From Thermoplasmatales archaeon SM1-50 (GTDB taxonomy: Archaea; Thermoplasmatota; E2; DHVEG-1): a stretch of DNA of 59,889 nucleotides. The notes beneath the pieces were generated by a model, which saw only the letters and a list, made by a program, of their open reading frames with translations, searched no databases and was not told the origin of the DNA. Position numbers and translations under genes: made by a program. Positions within the stretch are counted from its first letter, which is position 1; each line of letters starts with the position of its first letter. The stretch spans positions 1-59,889 of the forward strand of contig LSSI01000015.1 of assembly GCA_001595945.1 (NCBI GenBank), read 5' to 3'. This document shows, one piece after another, positions 1 through 10,088 of this stretch.

Positions 1-70
1 TTATCATCCATTCCAATCTAAATTAGTATGTTGAAGAGTTATATGTCGTTTAACAATCGATATTCTCTTA

Positions 71-745
71 TCAGGTTTCTATCACTGGATGTACGGTGAT
101 CTCAATATATCCATAAGGCTCGTTAAAAGGTGAAAGAAAATCCTCAAAAATACCAGGAAAAATCAATGGTATGATTATTTGAGAAAGAAGCTGCACTGGG
201 GTTATACCGGGTTCACCGGTACACGCAAATCGAAGAATCGTGTCATTTCCATTTGTTTCTAAATACCTACCCCCAACAGTAATATTAAACGGTTCTGGAT
301 AATTGCTAGTACAAAAAACTTCTTTTACAACAGAAAAAATATCAGGCTCTCCTGGTTTAACGATCCAAAAACGGTTTACCCAAGTATAACGAAATTTGTT
401 TGGAAATAAATATGATGCATAATATGGGGCCCCAGGTTGGTTTAAATAATGTATGAAAAACAGCGTAAAATTCAAAAGAATAGAACCATTTTCTAATTCA
501 GTAAAATTATAAATAAAATGAGGATTATCGGGTGGAGGGGTATAGTTTACTTTCATCCCCTGATATTCACTATATTTGTATAATAAAGGTTGGTGTGTTA
601 GAGTTACTGTCCCTAAAGAATTCACATTATTGCGGTTCATCGAGAGAATCTTTACATTTTCTCGTAACCCTGCAGAAACAATCAATGGTGTAGTCGTCAA
701 TAAGAGAATTAAACAGCCTACTATAATTTTTTTTGCTAGTTTCAT
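71..745 (-). CDS. Secreted hypothetical protein
   Basis: 224-aa ORF with N-terminal MKLAKKIIVGCLILLLTTTPLIVSAG signal peptide and a GGAGG RBS upstream. No family recognised. Confidence 0.8.
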   Translation of the reverse strand: MKLAKKIIVGCLILLLTTTPLIVSAGLRENVKILSMNRNNVNSLGTVTLTHQPLLYKYSEYQGMKVNYTPPPDNPHFIYNFTELENGSILLNFTLFFIHYLNQPGAPYYASYLFPNKFRYTWVNRFWIVKPGEPDIFSVVKEVFCTSNYPEPFNITVGGRYLETNGNDTILRFACTGEPGITPVQLLSQIIIPLIFPGIFEDFLSPFNEPYGYIEITVHPVIET

Positions 746-964
746 AATATTCCTCCTTTTTATTCCTCCTTAATTTTAAGATTAAATAGAATGAATTACT
801 GGTTATTTATATATTTCTATTTTTTTAAAAGAAAGTTATTATTCTTTATGATTATAATATAAATTTCTAGATTTAAATTTCTAGAATCCTTTTACTAAAA
901 GACTTAAAGAATCATACCAACATATTAATAATCGAAAAATGAACTTGAAATAACTCTAAAAATG

Positions 965-1935
965 TTAGACAATTTTCCATACCATGATTGTTGTAGAATA
1001 GTGGTTTCCAGAAGAAACATATGCGACTGCTGTAATCCCTGTTCTACCGGATCCTCGCTCATCCCATCGCCAGCAATACGGTGGAGTTGTATCAGTCGAT
1101 TTATACGTATTATCGATATAAAAATCCATATGGGTAATCATTAAATTAGCAGTGATAACTTCGATATCGATTGTTCCAAAGATAATCGTATGATTCAATG
1201 TGTAAGCGATTTGTTTATTCGCTATATAAACACCTTTGTATGGTTTGACAAACTCTGTGCTATTCTGCACTTCCCTGTATATCACTTCGATATCATCATC
1301 AAAAATGATGTCATTTCCAGTGACCCAGCACGGAAGCCTCCATCCATTTCGATCAATGTCAATGCCTAATCTATAATATGCTATCCATGGGAGCTCCATG
1401 CAGTAAAGTTGATGTGCCGTAGGAAAAGGTAGGTTTGTGTTTGCTATTTTCAAACCAAACCAGGGGATATCAAAAAAAACCTGATATGCTAATCCAATTT
1501 GATTTTTCGCCCATTCTGCAGCGGTTTTTCTTTGTTTTTCGTTTGCGGTTTTCACCCGTAAAAAAGCAAGGTTTTTTGTCCAATTGTAATAATAATGGGA
1601 ATAATCTTTTACACGAACAAATTTAGATGTAGCATCAACCAGTGAATTATTTCCGATATAGATAGCGGCATGTTCATTATATAATCCAGGTCTCTTCCAT
1701 GGGTTAGATTCCTCAGCTTTCATATCAAGTAACAGGAGGTCTCCTATCTGCACACACTCAGGGACTTTCTTCTCATCTCTCATACTTATATTATGAAACG
1801 TATTGAGAGAAGATGGAATATATTTTATTTCAGAGATACCACTGACATTTGGTAAAACACCGAATATTATAACCCATATGATAATTCCGATAACAAATTT
1901 GTTTCTTCTTATGATCTTTTTAATATAAATTTCAA
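965..1935 (-). CDS. Permuted papain-like NlpC/P60 (YiiX/YebB-like) amidase with C-terminal Ig-like domain; 5' end frameshifted
   Basis: His before Cys: GDLLL...EHAAIYIG...LYCMEL. The frame stays open upstream of 1783 (IIRRNKFVIGIIIWVIIFGVLPNVSG, a signal peptide). One extra A in the A5 run at 1917-1921 would join it to TTG at 1935. Confidence 0.75.
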
Positions 1936-2222
1936 CCTGTCCCCCGTAAATGATGTAAAATTATTATGCAGAATGTTGCTTTAAATGTATCGAAAAAATA
2001 AAAATAAACAAAAAACAATGAGAAGTATAATTTAGACAAGCTCCTAAAAATCACCAATCCACGTATGATCTACAGAGATTTGGACAAACAGAACCTCCCA
2101 AAGATTCATGATGAAATGTACCTTTACCCAAGAATATCAGAGATATAACCCCCAAAGAATTGAGACAAATAAAGAAAAACGATTCAATAGTCATATATTA
2201 CATTCCATATATGACTACTTAC

Positions 2223-2531
2223 CTAATGGATACCAGAGAACGGGTTAAAAATATTTTCATTACCCTTACGTGACCAGAGAGAGCTACCCTTGTTATGCAT
2301 CCGTTCAATAGTGTTCCTGATAGAACCCCCAATCTTTTCCATATCCTCGAGTATGGATGGCTCCTTATGAAAAAAACCACTATACGTTGCAACAGCTTCT
2401 CGGTATCTCTCAACACTTTCAAACACCGGGTCAAAACAACTGTTGCATAAGAGATATTGCTTCCCCATGATGGGATGACGGTAGCCTTCGAAAACGCCAA
2501 GCTTCTTTCCACATTGCACACATTCTTTCAT
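2223..2531 (-). CDS. Small CxxC...CxxC zinc-finger-like protein (paralog of 38147-38428)
   Basis: MKECVQCGKKLGVFEGYRHPIMGKQYLLCNSC. A GGTGA RBS precedes ATG 2531, so the start is moved from 2600. Confidence 0.75.
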   Translation of the reverse strand: MKECVQCGKKLGVFEGYRHPIMGKQYLLCNSCFDPVFESVERYREAVATYSGFFHKEPSILEDMEKIGGSIRNTIERMHNKGSSLWSRKGNENIFNPFSGIH

Positions 2532-2540
2532 TTTTTTTAT

Positions 2541-2638
2541 CACCAAGTATACAGAATAGCAACAGAAAAACATTAAATGGCTGAACAAAAAACTCGACAA
2601 ACGAGTAGAAAAATTGGAAAAAACATCAGTTTGTCGAG
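2541..2638 (-). promoter_or_regulatory. Leader/promoter with TCGACA-N32-TGTCGA inverted repeat (copy 1)
   Basis: About 60 nt are similar to 3362-3420. There is a 9-bp perfect inverted repeat, CTCGACAAA 2593-2601 / TTTGTCGAG 2630-2638. Confidence 0.6.
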
Positions 2639-2682
2639 ATTACGGAAAAACAGCTGGATTACGAAAAAAGGAATGACACATC

Positions 2683-2728
2683 AAAAAAAAAAAGAAAAGA
2701 GACAAGAGGGGGATTCTTGCCTCTCTTT
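2683..2728 (-). terminator. Hairpin plus U-tract terminator after 2799-3353
   Basis: Minus strand reads AAAGAGA-GG-CAAGA loop TCTTG-TCTCTTT, followed by a T11 run. Confidence 0.5.
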
Positions 2729-2798
2729 ATGGACGTGTAGGAGGCAAAGCTATTTATTCGTCTGACAACGTGTGGTAACCTCCCTTTGCAGCGCATTG

Positions 2799-3353
2799 TT
2801 ATGTCGGGAGTATTGTTGAGGTATCAATGCAGAAGGTGAGAAGATACCATGTAATCCCGATGGAAATTGCAAAGAGCCTTGCCATAAACCGTGTTATAAA
2901 GAACATCTGTGGTCCCCAGAGTTTACTTACCCAGAACGTGACAGCATTCTTAAGCTCGTTATAATCGATTTCAATTTTATACCCTGAGTCTTTTACTCCC
3001 AGAATCAGTCCTTCGAGGATTAATATCGCTGCATCAGCAGTCCAGAGGAAATAGATGCCTTTCCCTTCGAGGGTGTTCTTGACATGATTTTTCATGTATT
3101 TTACTGTATGAAATACCGCTTCAACACATGTCTTACATGCTGCACCATCATTTGCTTCCTTATCACAATCACAGTAGAAATATTCTTCGTCGTCTGCTGC
3201 TGGTTGAAGATTATTACGAACGACGTTAGCAGACAATACTGGGTGAACCGCTACCCCGATAAAAAGGGTTACAGCTAGCATGCTTATAATCATCATCAAA
3301 CCGGTCTTCCGTGTGACGACACCTGCCTTTTTATTTCCAAATTTTCCTTCCAT
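2799..3353 (-). CDS. Membrane/secreted hypothetical protein with CxC-x9-CxxC cluster
   Basis: 184-aa ORF with an N-terminal hydrophobic helix, YCDCDKEANDGAACKTC and a GGTG RBS. Confidence 0.75.
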   Translation of the reverse strand: MEGKFGNKKAGVVTRKTGLMMIISMLAVTLFIGVAVHPVLSANVVRNNLQPAADDEEYFYCDCDKEANDGAACKTCVEAVFHTVKYMKNHVKNTLEGKGIYFLWTADAAILILEGLILGVKDSGYKIEIDYNELKNAVTFWVSKLWGPQMFFITRFMARLFAISIGITWYLLTFCIDTSTILPT

Positions 3354-3361
3354 TTTATTAA

Positions 3362-3458
3362 CACCAATATACTGAATATCGACTAGTAAACATTAAATGA
3401 TTTACAAAAAAACTCGACAGAATGGTAATATAGTTCAAATAAAATATCCTATTGTCGA
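3362..3458. promoter_or_regulatory. Divergent promoter with TCGACA-N33-TGTCGA (copy 2)
   Basis: TCGACA at 3414-3419 and TGTCGA at 3453-3458, ending 6 nt before the Lrp ATG. The leader resembles 2541-2600. Confidence 0.6.
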
Positions 3459-3464
3459 ATTCGT

Positions 3465-4418
3465 ATGGAAAAACTAGATGTGAAAGATAGAAAAATATTA
3501 TACGAACTTGATACGAATAGCAGACAATCATTTCGAAATATTGGCAGACGAGTTGGGTTATCAAAAGATATAGTAGCTAGTAGAGTAAAACAATTAAAAG
3601 AACGGGGGATCATTCTACGGTTTTTCACCTATTACGATATACTCCAATTAGGATATAACTTTTTACGATTTTATTTCAAATTTCAATATGTCACACCCGA
3701 TATCAAAAAAGATATCATTAATCACTTTATGAACGATGATCACGTAAACAACCTGTTTTCAACAGAAGGAAGTTATGATTTAGGTGTTTTAATGATGGTG
3801 GAAAATATTTCAGATATTTATCCACTCTGGAGAAAAACTCTTGAAAAATATGGCGATTATTTTTCAGAACAAATTTTTTCAGCATATATGGGTGAATTAA
3901 TTTATGGGCACGCGTTTTTACTAAATGGAATAGAAAAACCTCAGAGAACACCTCTACGGAAAAACTGGGGGAAAGTAAAAATTGATGAGCTTGATTTCCA
4001 AATATTAAAATTATTAGTCGCTGATTCAAGAATACCGACTGTTGACATTGCAAACACACTTAATTCAAGTGTGACAACCATTACTTCACGGATTAAACGA
4101 TTAGAAAAATTACGAGTCATCCTTGGTTTTAGCGTTGAGCTTGATCTGGAAAAACTGGGGTATCAAGTATGGAAAGTAGATTTTTATTTAAGTGAGTATA
4201 CAAAATTAAACCACATTGTCAAATACATAGAACAAAATCCGCTTTTATACTCTGTTGACTATACTATTGGCTATGCTGATTTGGAATTAGAACTAAATGT
4301 AACGGATATAAGCCAACTACATGAAATTATTGAAGATCTTCATTCAAAATTCCCAAAAATAATAAGGAATTATACATTTTTTCGTGGCATAAAATTTTAT
4401 AAATGGTATACATTATAA
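3465..4418 (+). CDS. Tandem (double) Lrp/AsnC-family transcriptional regulator
   Basis: Two HTH starts (LDVKDRKILYELDTNSRQSFRNIGRRVGLS and IDELDFQILKLLVADSRIPTVDIANTLNSS), each followed by an AsnC-type ligand domain (GSYDL / GYADL). Confidence 0.9.
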   Translation: MEKLDVKDRKILYELDTNSRQSFRNIGRRVGLSKDIVASRVKQLKERGIILRFFTYYDILQLGYNFLRFYFKFQYVTPDIKKDIINHFMNDDHVNNLFSTEGSYDLGVLMMVENISDIYPLWRKTLEKYGDYFSEQIFSAYMGELIYGHAFLLNGIEKPQRTPLRKNWGKVKIDELDFQILKLLVADSRIPTVDIANTLNSSVTTITSRIKRLEKLRVILGFSVELDLEKLGYQVWKVDFYLSEYTKLNHIVKYIEQNPLLYSVDYTIGYADLELELNVTDISQLHEIIEDLHSKFPKIIRNYTFFRGIKFYKWYTL

Positions 4419-4556
4419 GCCGACAAATTCGAAGTACAAGGGGAGTTATGAATAAAGAATTCGCCTGTGATTTCCATCCACACAACCCTCGTTAAGAAAC
4501 CCAGAGCAAGTATACTTTAGAAGGAAAAAAAGAATAACTATGATAGGAGAGACAAT

Positions 4557-5287
4557 CTACCCTCCATCAACAAGCTTTACCTCCCAATGTGCATCTCCAC
4601 CCATGACAAGATCCTCTGTAATCCCATATTCGTATAATATCCCTACACCATCTGTAAATTTACAAGCAGCCAGAAACTCTACTTCTTGGACAAAGGATGG
4701 ACGACCCAAAACAACCCTAACATTATGCATATTATTAATACTTTCATAGTAAAGCTCAACACCAATAGCATCTGATCTATTATAAAAATATGAGTAATTT
4801 TCAATGACCACCCATTCTTTTACTGGTTGTATCATTTCAGGAAATGAATGCCAAAAAAAAAAACGCTTGATCTCGCCATTCTTGTTTTACTTCAAAATCT
4901 ACATCAGATGATAAATTCACTATTTTGTATTTACAATAAAAGGTAATGTTCACTTTACCAAATCCAAGGACTGGAAATACTTTGATTGTTTCAGCCTGTG
5001 TAGGAGATAAAACGTCAAATTCTCCATTTTTGGTTTTGGGGTAGAAGAACAAACCATTTTTCTGCAGTTATTTCCCAATAAATATTATCTGCCGCTCCCA
5101 TTCCCGTATTCGTTCACTGTATCATAATCCTAAATAAACCGCCTTGTATTTCTTCAAAATCAATGACTGGGACTAAGTCAATTTTTCTAACTGATGAAAT
5201 AGCGTTTCCATCATGTGCCACAGTCGCTGGTAGTATCGTTGCATTCAATAGCATACAGATAAAAATACCTACGATTTCCTTTTTCAT
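4557..5287 (-). pseudogene. Interrupted secreted protein (signal peptide + Ig-like module + extension)
   Basis: Starts MKKEIVGIFICMLLNATILPA at 5287. An in-frame TGA lies in GGLFRIMIQ*TNTG. Frameshifts at an A5 run (EK/GLFFYP) and a T11 run (4853-4863) join ORFs 4837-5052 and 4557-4835. Confidence 0.65.
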
Positions 5288-5631
5288 TTTCTTTTTCCCC
5301 CTTCTATAAATACTAATCTAGTTTAATCTAGTAAAATTCTAAGAAGTATTACTTATAAAAATCTTTTAGTTATTTATAACAACAACAATAACAAGAAATA
5401 TCAAATGACTAAGAGAACCGATGTATATGAAATTTTTTTTCCTAAAAACATGTTCTCAGTGACCTTAGGGAAAAACATTGACATTGTTTTACAGAGACGC
5501 AATATGAGAAATGTTTTATGAGAAAGCAATGGACAAATTTACTAAAAAAATTCTAAGGGCTTAAATCCCTACCCCTGTATATTTTATTACTCCAATCATA
5601 ATACATCTTAAATGTAGAGCACACTATGTAA

Positions 5632-6441
5632 CTAGGTGATCTCAATATCACGTTTTTCAAAATAAACTATTGCCCCTATCAAACAAATTACTGTAACACT
5701 AATGAATACAACAAGTCCAGCGCCATCAATCTCACCAAATTCAAGAACATTAAATGTATCAAAATAATGTAAAAAAGAAAAAAATCCTAAAACCTCATAA
5801 TCTGAAGCCATGAGGCTAATAGAATTAATAATAAACATACCAATAAGAATAGCTATCATAAATATACTTGATTTCATTTTGTCATCAATTATAGCTGAAA
5901 ATAATAAACCAATACTAATCACAGCTAGAAAATACGGAATTGAAATAAGATGCACGACTAGTAAATTTACATAGTTAAGACTTTCATTTAGTGCTACCGT
6001 TATCCCTATGATTACTACCATCATCGAAAAATTAATTATGATAATCATAGGGATCAGTCCCATAAATTTTTCGAGAACTATTTGCTTTCTAGACACAGGA
6101 TTCGACATAAGGATGTCTATTGTTTTTCCCTCAATTTCTTTTGCGATACAAGATGAAGCGATAAATCCAAACATGATAGCTAACAGTAAAAGCCAGAAAA
6201 TATTATACAATTCTAGTGTTAAAAAACCAACATAGGTATGCATTTGATCAGCATGGGGAAAAAAATTAAAACTCTCAATAAACTCTGAATCCATCATTTC
6301 AATAAGAGATTTTTCAAATGAGGGGAACATACCAGCGTACATTGCCGCCATTGCCATAAAAAGGAACGTCAAGATGATAGTTATTTTCCAATAATCCTTC
6401 ATGGTTTGAAGCGCTATTTTCAAACGGAATATATTATTCAT
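5632..6441 (-). CDS. ABC-2 type exporter permease
   Basis: Six hydrophobic segments and EIEGKTIDILMSNPVSRKQIVLEKF. It has an ATGA overlap with the ATPase gene. Confidence 0.9.
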   Translation of the reverse strand: MNNIFRLKIALQTMKDYWKITIILTFLFMAMAAMYAGMFPSFEKSLIEMMDSEFIESFNFFPHADQMHTYVGFLTLELYNIFWLLLLAIMFGFIASSCIAKEIEGKTIDILMSNPVSRKQIVLEKFMGLIPMIIIINFSMMVVIIGITVALNESLNYVNLLVVHLISIPYFLAVISIGLLFSAIIDDKMKSSIFMIAILIGMFIINSISLMASDYEVLGFFSFLHYFDTFNVLEFGEIDGAGLVVFISVTVICLIGAIVYFEKRDIEIT

Positions 6442-7454
6442 GCTTGCCCCTCATAATAGTGGATGAAAATATCTTCTAAACTAAATGCATGAATCTCAAG
6501 ATCTAGAATCGTATAATGAGATAGCTGCTTAACCCAATAATCGATATCACCACTTGTGACAAACTCAATCAAACCATCCCTTACTTTCATATTTTTAGGA
6601 CCAGTGAATTTCTCAGGTCTTTCTTTAATTTTCACTCGAAATAATTTTCCCATCTTCTCTTTCAGTGTTTCAACATCCTCAAGAGCAACCAGTTTACCAT
6701 TGCGAATTATACCTATTCGATCACAGATTTTATCAACCTCACTTAACACATGAGATGAAAAAAAAATGGTTTTTCCTTTTTTCTTTTGACCTCGTAAAAA
6801 ATCATAAAATTTTTGCTGTAATAATGGATCAAGACCTGACGTAGGTTCATCCATTATAACGATATCAGGGTCATCCATAAATGCTTGAATAATGCCAAGT
6901 TTTTGTTTCATACCTCTAGAATATCCTTTGATTTTTCTGTCCAAAGGAACATCGAATATTTGCAAAAGATCAGTAAGCAGTGGTAATTGTTTATTACGTA
7001 ATGAACCAAAATAATCAAGGAACTGTCTACCTGTTAAATGACCATAGAGGTTTAACTCACCAGGTATATAGCCTACATCACGCTTGATGTTAACAATATT
7101 GTGTGCTATGTTTTTCCCCAAGATATATGCTTCACCGTTCGTAGGATGTAAGTAACCAAGAAGTGTTCGAATTGTTGTAGTTTTACCAGCACCATTAGGT
7201 CCGAGAAAACCAAAGATCTCTCCTTTTCTTACTGAAAAGGTTAAATCTTCTATTCCTTTAATTTTTCCATAATACTTCGTTAAATTTTTTACAACGATAA
7301 CATCCTCTGTAGGTGCCGTGGATGATTCTTCAGGGAATTGAAAAAAACCATAGATTTTACATTTAGGACAAATGAGTTCAATTCGTTCTCCGGGGTTACC
7401 TTGAACGCTCATCTGATACTTGCATTGAGGGCAAGCGACGATAATATTTGTCAT
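6438..7454 (-). CDS. ABC exporter ATP-binding protein with N-terminal zinc ribbon
   Basis: Walker A GPNGAGKTT, signature YSRGMKQ, Walker B IVIMDEPT, SSH. N-terminal CPQC...CPKC. RBS GGAGA precedes ATG 7454. Confidence 0.95.
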   Translation of the reverse strand: MTNIIVACPQCKYQMSVQGNPGERIELICPKCKIYGFFQFPEESSTAPTEDVIVVKNLTKYYGKIKGIEDLTFSVRKGEIFGFLGPNGAGKTTTIRTLLGYLHPTNGEAYILGKNIAHNIVNIKRDVGYIPGELNLYGHLTGRQFLDYFGSLRNKQLPLLTDLLQIFDVPLDRKIKGYSRGMKQKLGIIQAFMDDPDIVIMDEPTSGLDPLLQQKFYDFLRGQKKKGKTIFFSSHVLSEVDKICDRIGIIRNGKLVALEDVETLKEKMGKLFRVKIKERPEKFTGPKNMKVRDGLIEFVTSGDIDYWVKQLSHYTILDLEIHAFSLEDIFIHYYEGQA

Positions 7455-8165
7455 ATCAATTGGTCTCCAATCATGCAACGTTTTTAAAATAAAATAATTA
7501 TACAAAATAAACCAATGTTCATATTGGTATATGTATCTTATTAAATCAAATAAATCTTTGGTATAAAGAAAGAAATGCTGCTGAAGAATTCTTGGAGAAC
7601 ACTAAAAATACGAATGATCAAAAAAAAAACTCTTTATGCGTAAACAAGACATTAAATAGATTTATCAGCTTTATACAAAGTTCATTCTCCTATTGAATTC
7701 CCCCATAAATTGCACCGTTGTCCATTGCAATACCTGATGATAGCAATCGCAAGACGAAGAATCAATTATTTATTAATTTGATAACGGAAGAAAAAGTAGC
7801 GTCAACAGTGGTAAATCATTATTTGTAAATCCATGGTATGCAGGTAAATTGTTGTTAAAATCCCTCCTCTTCACACAAAGATATAGTTACAGGAAATCAA
7901 AAAGAAGCATTAACACAGTTTACAAACATAGCCGTAATGATTTTTTTATGCGAAAGTAAAATGAGAAAAAAGAGAGAGGAGATTTTTTTAAATAAACATA
8001 CAATTTATATTGATAGTCATCGAATCGACAAATGGACATACACAGAAAGACCAAATTACTTCGCTTTCAATGAGCGAAAAGAATATCGTTACAAAGTCAA
8101 TATTCTTTAAAAAATCAGTGTATGTATTGAAAAAGTTAAAATAATGTTTAGTTTTAGGGGGAGAC

Positions 8166-8846
8166 ATGAATGAAAGAAAAACATACTATTCTTTTCATGA
8201 TATCCCATTTGCTAGCAAAAGTTCTTTTAATTCATCAATACAACAATCTGGTATTAAATTCAGCAAACAAGAAATAGTCCATATCCTGATAGCAATAACT
8301 GTCTTGACTATAGCATTTTCATTTGCCTTTGCACCATATCCCCCATTTAGTCATTTTGATGCTGTTATTACATATATCCCTATTTCATTCATTGCAATTG
8401 TAACAGCTTTTTTCTGTCATGAAATGGCTCACAAATACGTTGGCCAAAAATTTGGATATTGGTCTGAATTTCGAATGTATACCCAGGGACTTCTTATTGC
8501 CCTTTTCTTAGGGATTTTTGTAGGAATTGTGTTTGCTGCGCCTGGTGCTGTTCAAATTTTTGGAAGACCTAAGAAAGATGAAATGGGAAAAATTTCTACG
8601 GCTGGCCCTTCTACGAATCTTTTATTAGGGTTGATATTTTTCGTAATATGGACTCTATCAGATGGTATGATAAGTTCAATGTCTTTTTATGTATCATATA
8701 TCAATATATTTTTGGCACTCTTTAATCTTCTTCCATTCGGTCCTTTAGATGGATTAAAAATATTTATATGGAGAAAAGAAGTATGGGGATTACTCATAGG
8801 ACTTGATCTAATTATATTGCTTATGTTATTGGGATTATTTCCTTAA
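8166..8846 (+). CDS. Site-2 protease (peptidase M50 family)
   Basis: HEMAH, AGPxxN and FNLLPFGPLDG motifs in a multi-TM protein. Confidence 0.92.
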   Translation: MNERKTYYSFHDIPFASKSSFNSSIQQSGIKFSKQEIVHILIAITVLTIAFSFAFAPYPPFSHFDAVITYIPISFIAIVTAFFCHEMAHKYVGQKFGYWSEFRMYTQGLLIALFLGIFVGIVFAAPGAVQIFGRPKKDEMGKISTAGPSTNLLLGLIFFVIWTLSDGMISSMSFYVSYINIFLALFNLLPFGPLDGLKIFIWRKEVWGLLIGLDLIILLMLLGLFP

Positions 8847-9064
8847 GATTATCACAGCAACCCATCCATCGCTTAACAATATCACTTATTCGGTAACATC
8901 AAAGTTATTTTTTTTATAAAATCCTTTTTTGATTTAACGGTGTTTTTGTTTTTATTACCACTATTCACAGATTTTCTCATACAATCTAAACATTATGTCG
9001 TTTTCCTCTGAAAAAATAACAAGAAATAGGCGGTCAGGCATTAACAAGGTTTTACAAATGAGTT

Positions 9065-9493
9065 TTATAGCAAAGGGGTGTTATCCAATGGCCAATTCCA
9101 ACCCAACGCAGATGAAAACTGTTGCCAAAACGTTAACCAAAACTCTCCTATAAAAACCAACCAGCACGCTCGCAGGAACAATAATGGATATTCTACCTCC
9201 ACCCAGTTAAACGCATCCTCTGAAACCGAGAGTTCATAAAGAATCCACCCCCGAAATAAATAAAACTGAAGATAAAACCACACAATCATAAAAAGGAAAG
9301 GATGCCGTAGATTATCCCCATATTTACCAACATATTCGACAATATTGAAAAAGAAATCTTCTAATTGACAAACTATTCTGTTTCTTCCCCCTGTCCTCTG
9401 AACTATCTGATATCCTAGAACATTGGTTGATGACCCAAGAATAAGAAGGCACACCATACAAATACTTACCACAATCAAAGGATTTCTATTCAT
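9065..9493 (-). CDS. Hypothetical secreted/membrane protein
   Basis: 142 aa with a signal-peptide-like N-terminus, a GGAGG RBS and an aromatic amphipathic C-half. Confidence 0.75.
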   Translation of the reverse strand: MNRNPLIVVSICMVCLLILGSSTNVLGYQIVQRTGGRNRIVCQLEDFFFNIVEYVGKYGDNLRHPFLFMIVWFYLQFYLFRGWILYELSVSEDAFNWVEVEYPLLFLRACWLVFIGEFWLTFWQQFSSALGWNWPLDNTPLL

Positions 9494-9595
9494 GACCTCC
9501 TTCTATATCCAAATTTATAACAACATTCCCCTTTAAAAATATATTCTTCGAAACAACGAAGCATTGACATGGTTATAACATCGAATATTATCATA

Positions 9596-9880
9596 TTAAT
9601 TTCTTTTATGTTTGGCACTGTAGATAGAGTACCCCGCAATAATTAATAGTAAACCAATAACCATAACCAACAACGATCCAATTACACTGGCGGTATTTAT
9701 AGGGTATCCAAAACCAAATAACATGTTTATTAGTGCATACAATCCAATAACGAAAAATGGTATCCCCATGATAAAACAACCTAGTGATAAGTGTTCTCCG
9801 ATAATCTTTCCTCCTTGAACACCTGATTCACTTAAATATTCATCTGACATTATAACTGTTTTATCTTCGTTTGATGTCAT
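9596..9880 (-). CDS. Small two-TM membrane protein (decayed paralog at 52887-53190)
   Basis: QGGKIIGEHLSLGCFIMGIPFFVIGLY... GGAGG precedes ATG 9880. Confidence 0.75.
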   Translation of the reverse strand: MTSNEDKTVIMSDEYLSESGVQGGKIIGEHLSLGCFIMGIPFFVIGLYALINMLFGFGYPINTASVIGSLLVMVIGLLLIIAGYSIYSAKHKRN

Positions 9881-10088
9881 TTTATTTATAACCTTTCCCT
9901 CCACTATAAAATTTTATAACTATTTTATCTTTAAAAACATATCTAACGAAAAAAGTATGGAATACATTGAAACGGTTTCTAGAAACACCTATGACAATGG
10001 GTGGTTTTATGCGAATCAATATAAAAAAAGAAAATGAAGAATGAAATTTCTTTAAATTAGAATTTTGGTTTGATTTACTGTTTTAATG

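Noticed and set aside
861-885. AAATTTCTAGA direct repeat / palindrome upstream of the first gene
   Set aside because: Low-complexity AT-rich sequence with no second occurrence to support an operator.
2733-2795. GCAAAG/CTTTGC and GGAGG/CCTCC complementary segments, with some words recalling c-di-GMP riboswitches
   Set aside because: The order gives a sterically implausible pseudoknot, the riboswitch consensus is not met, and the position is 3' of a gene.
7600-7960. Protein-like broken frames in the gap between the ABC ATPase and the site-2 protease
   Set aside because: Multiple stops and no recognisable family, so I cannot support a call.
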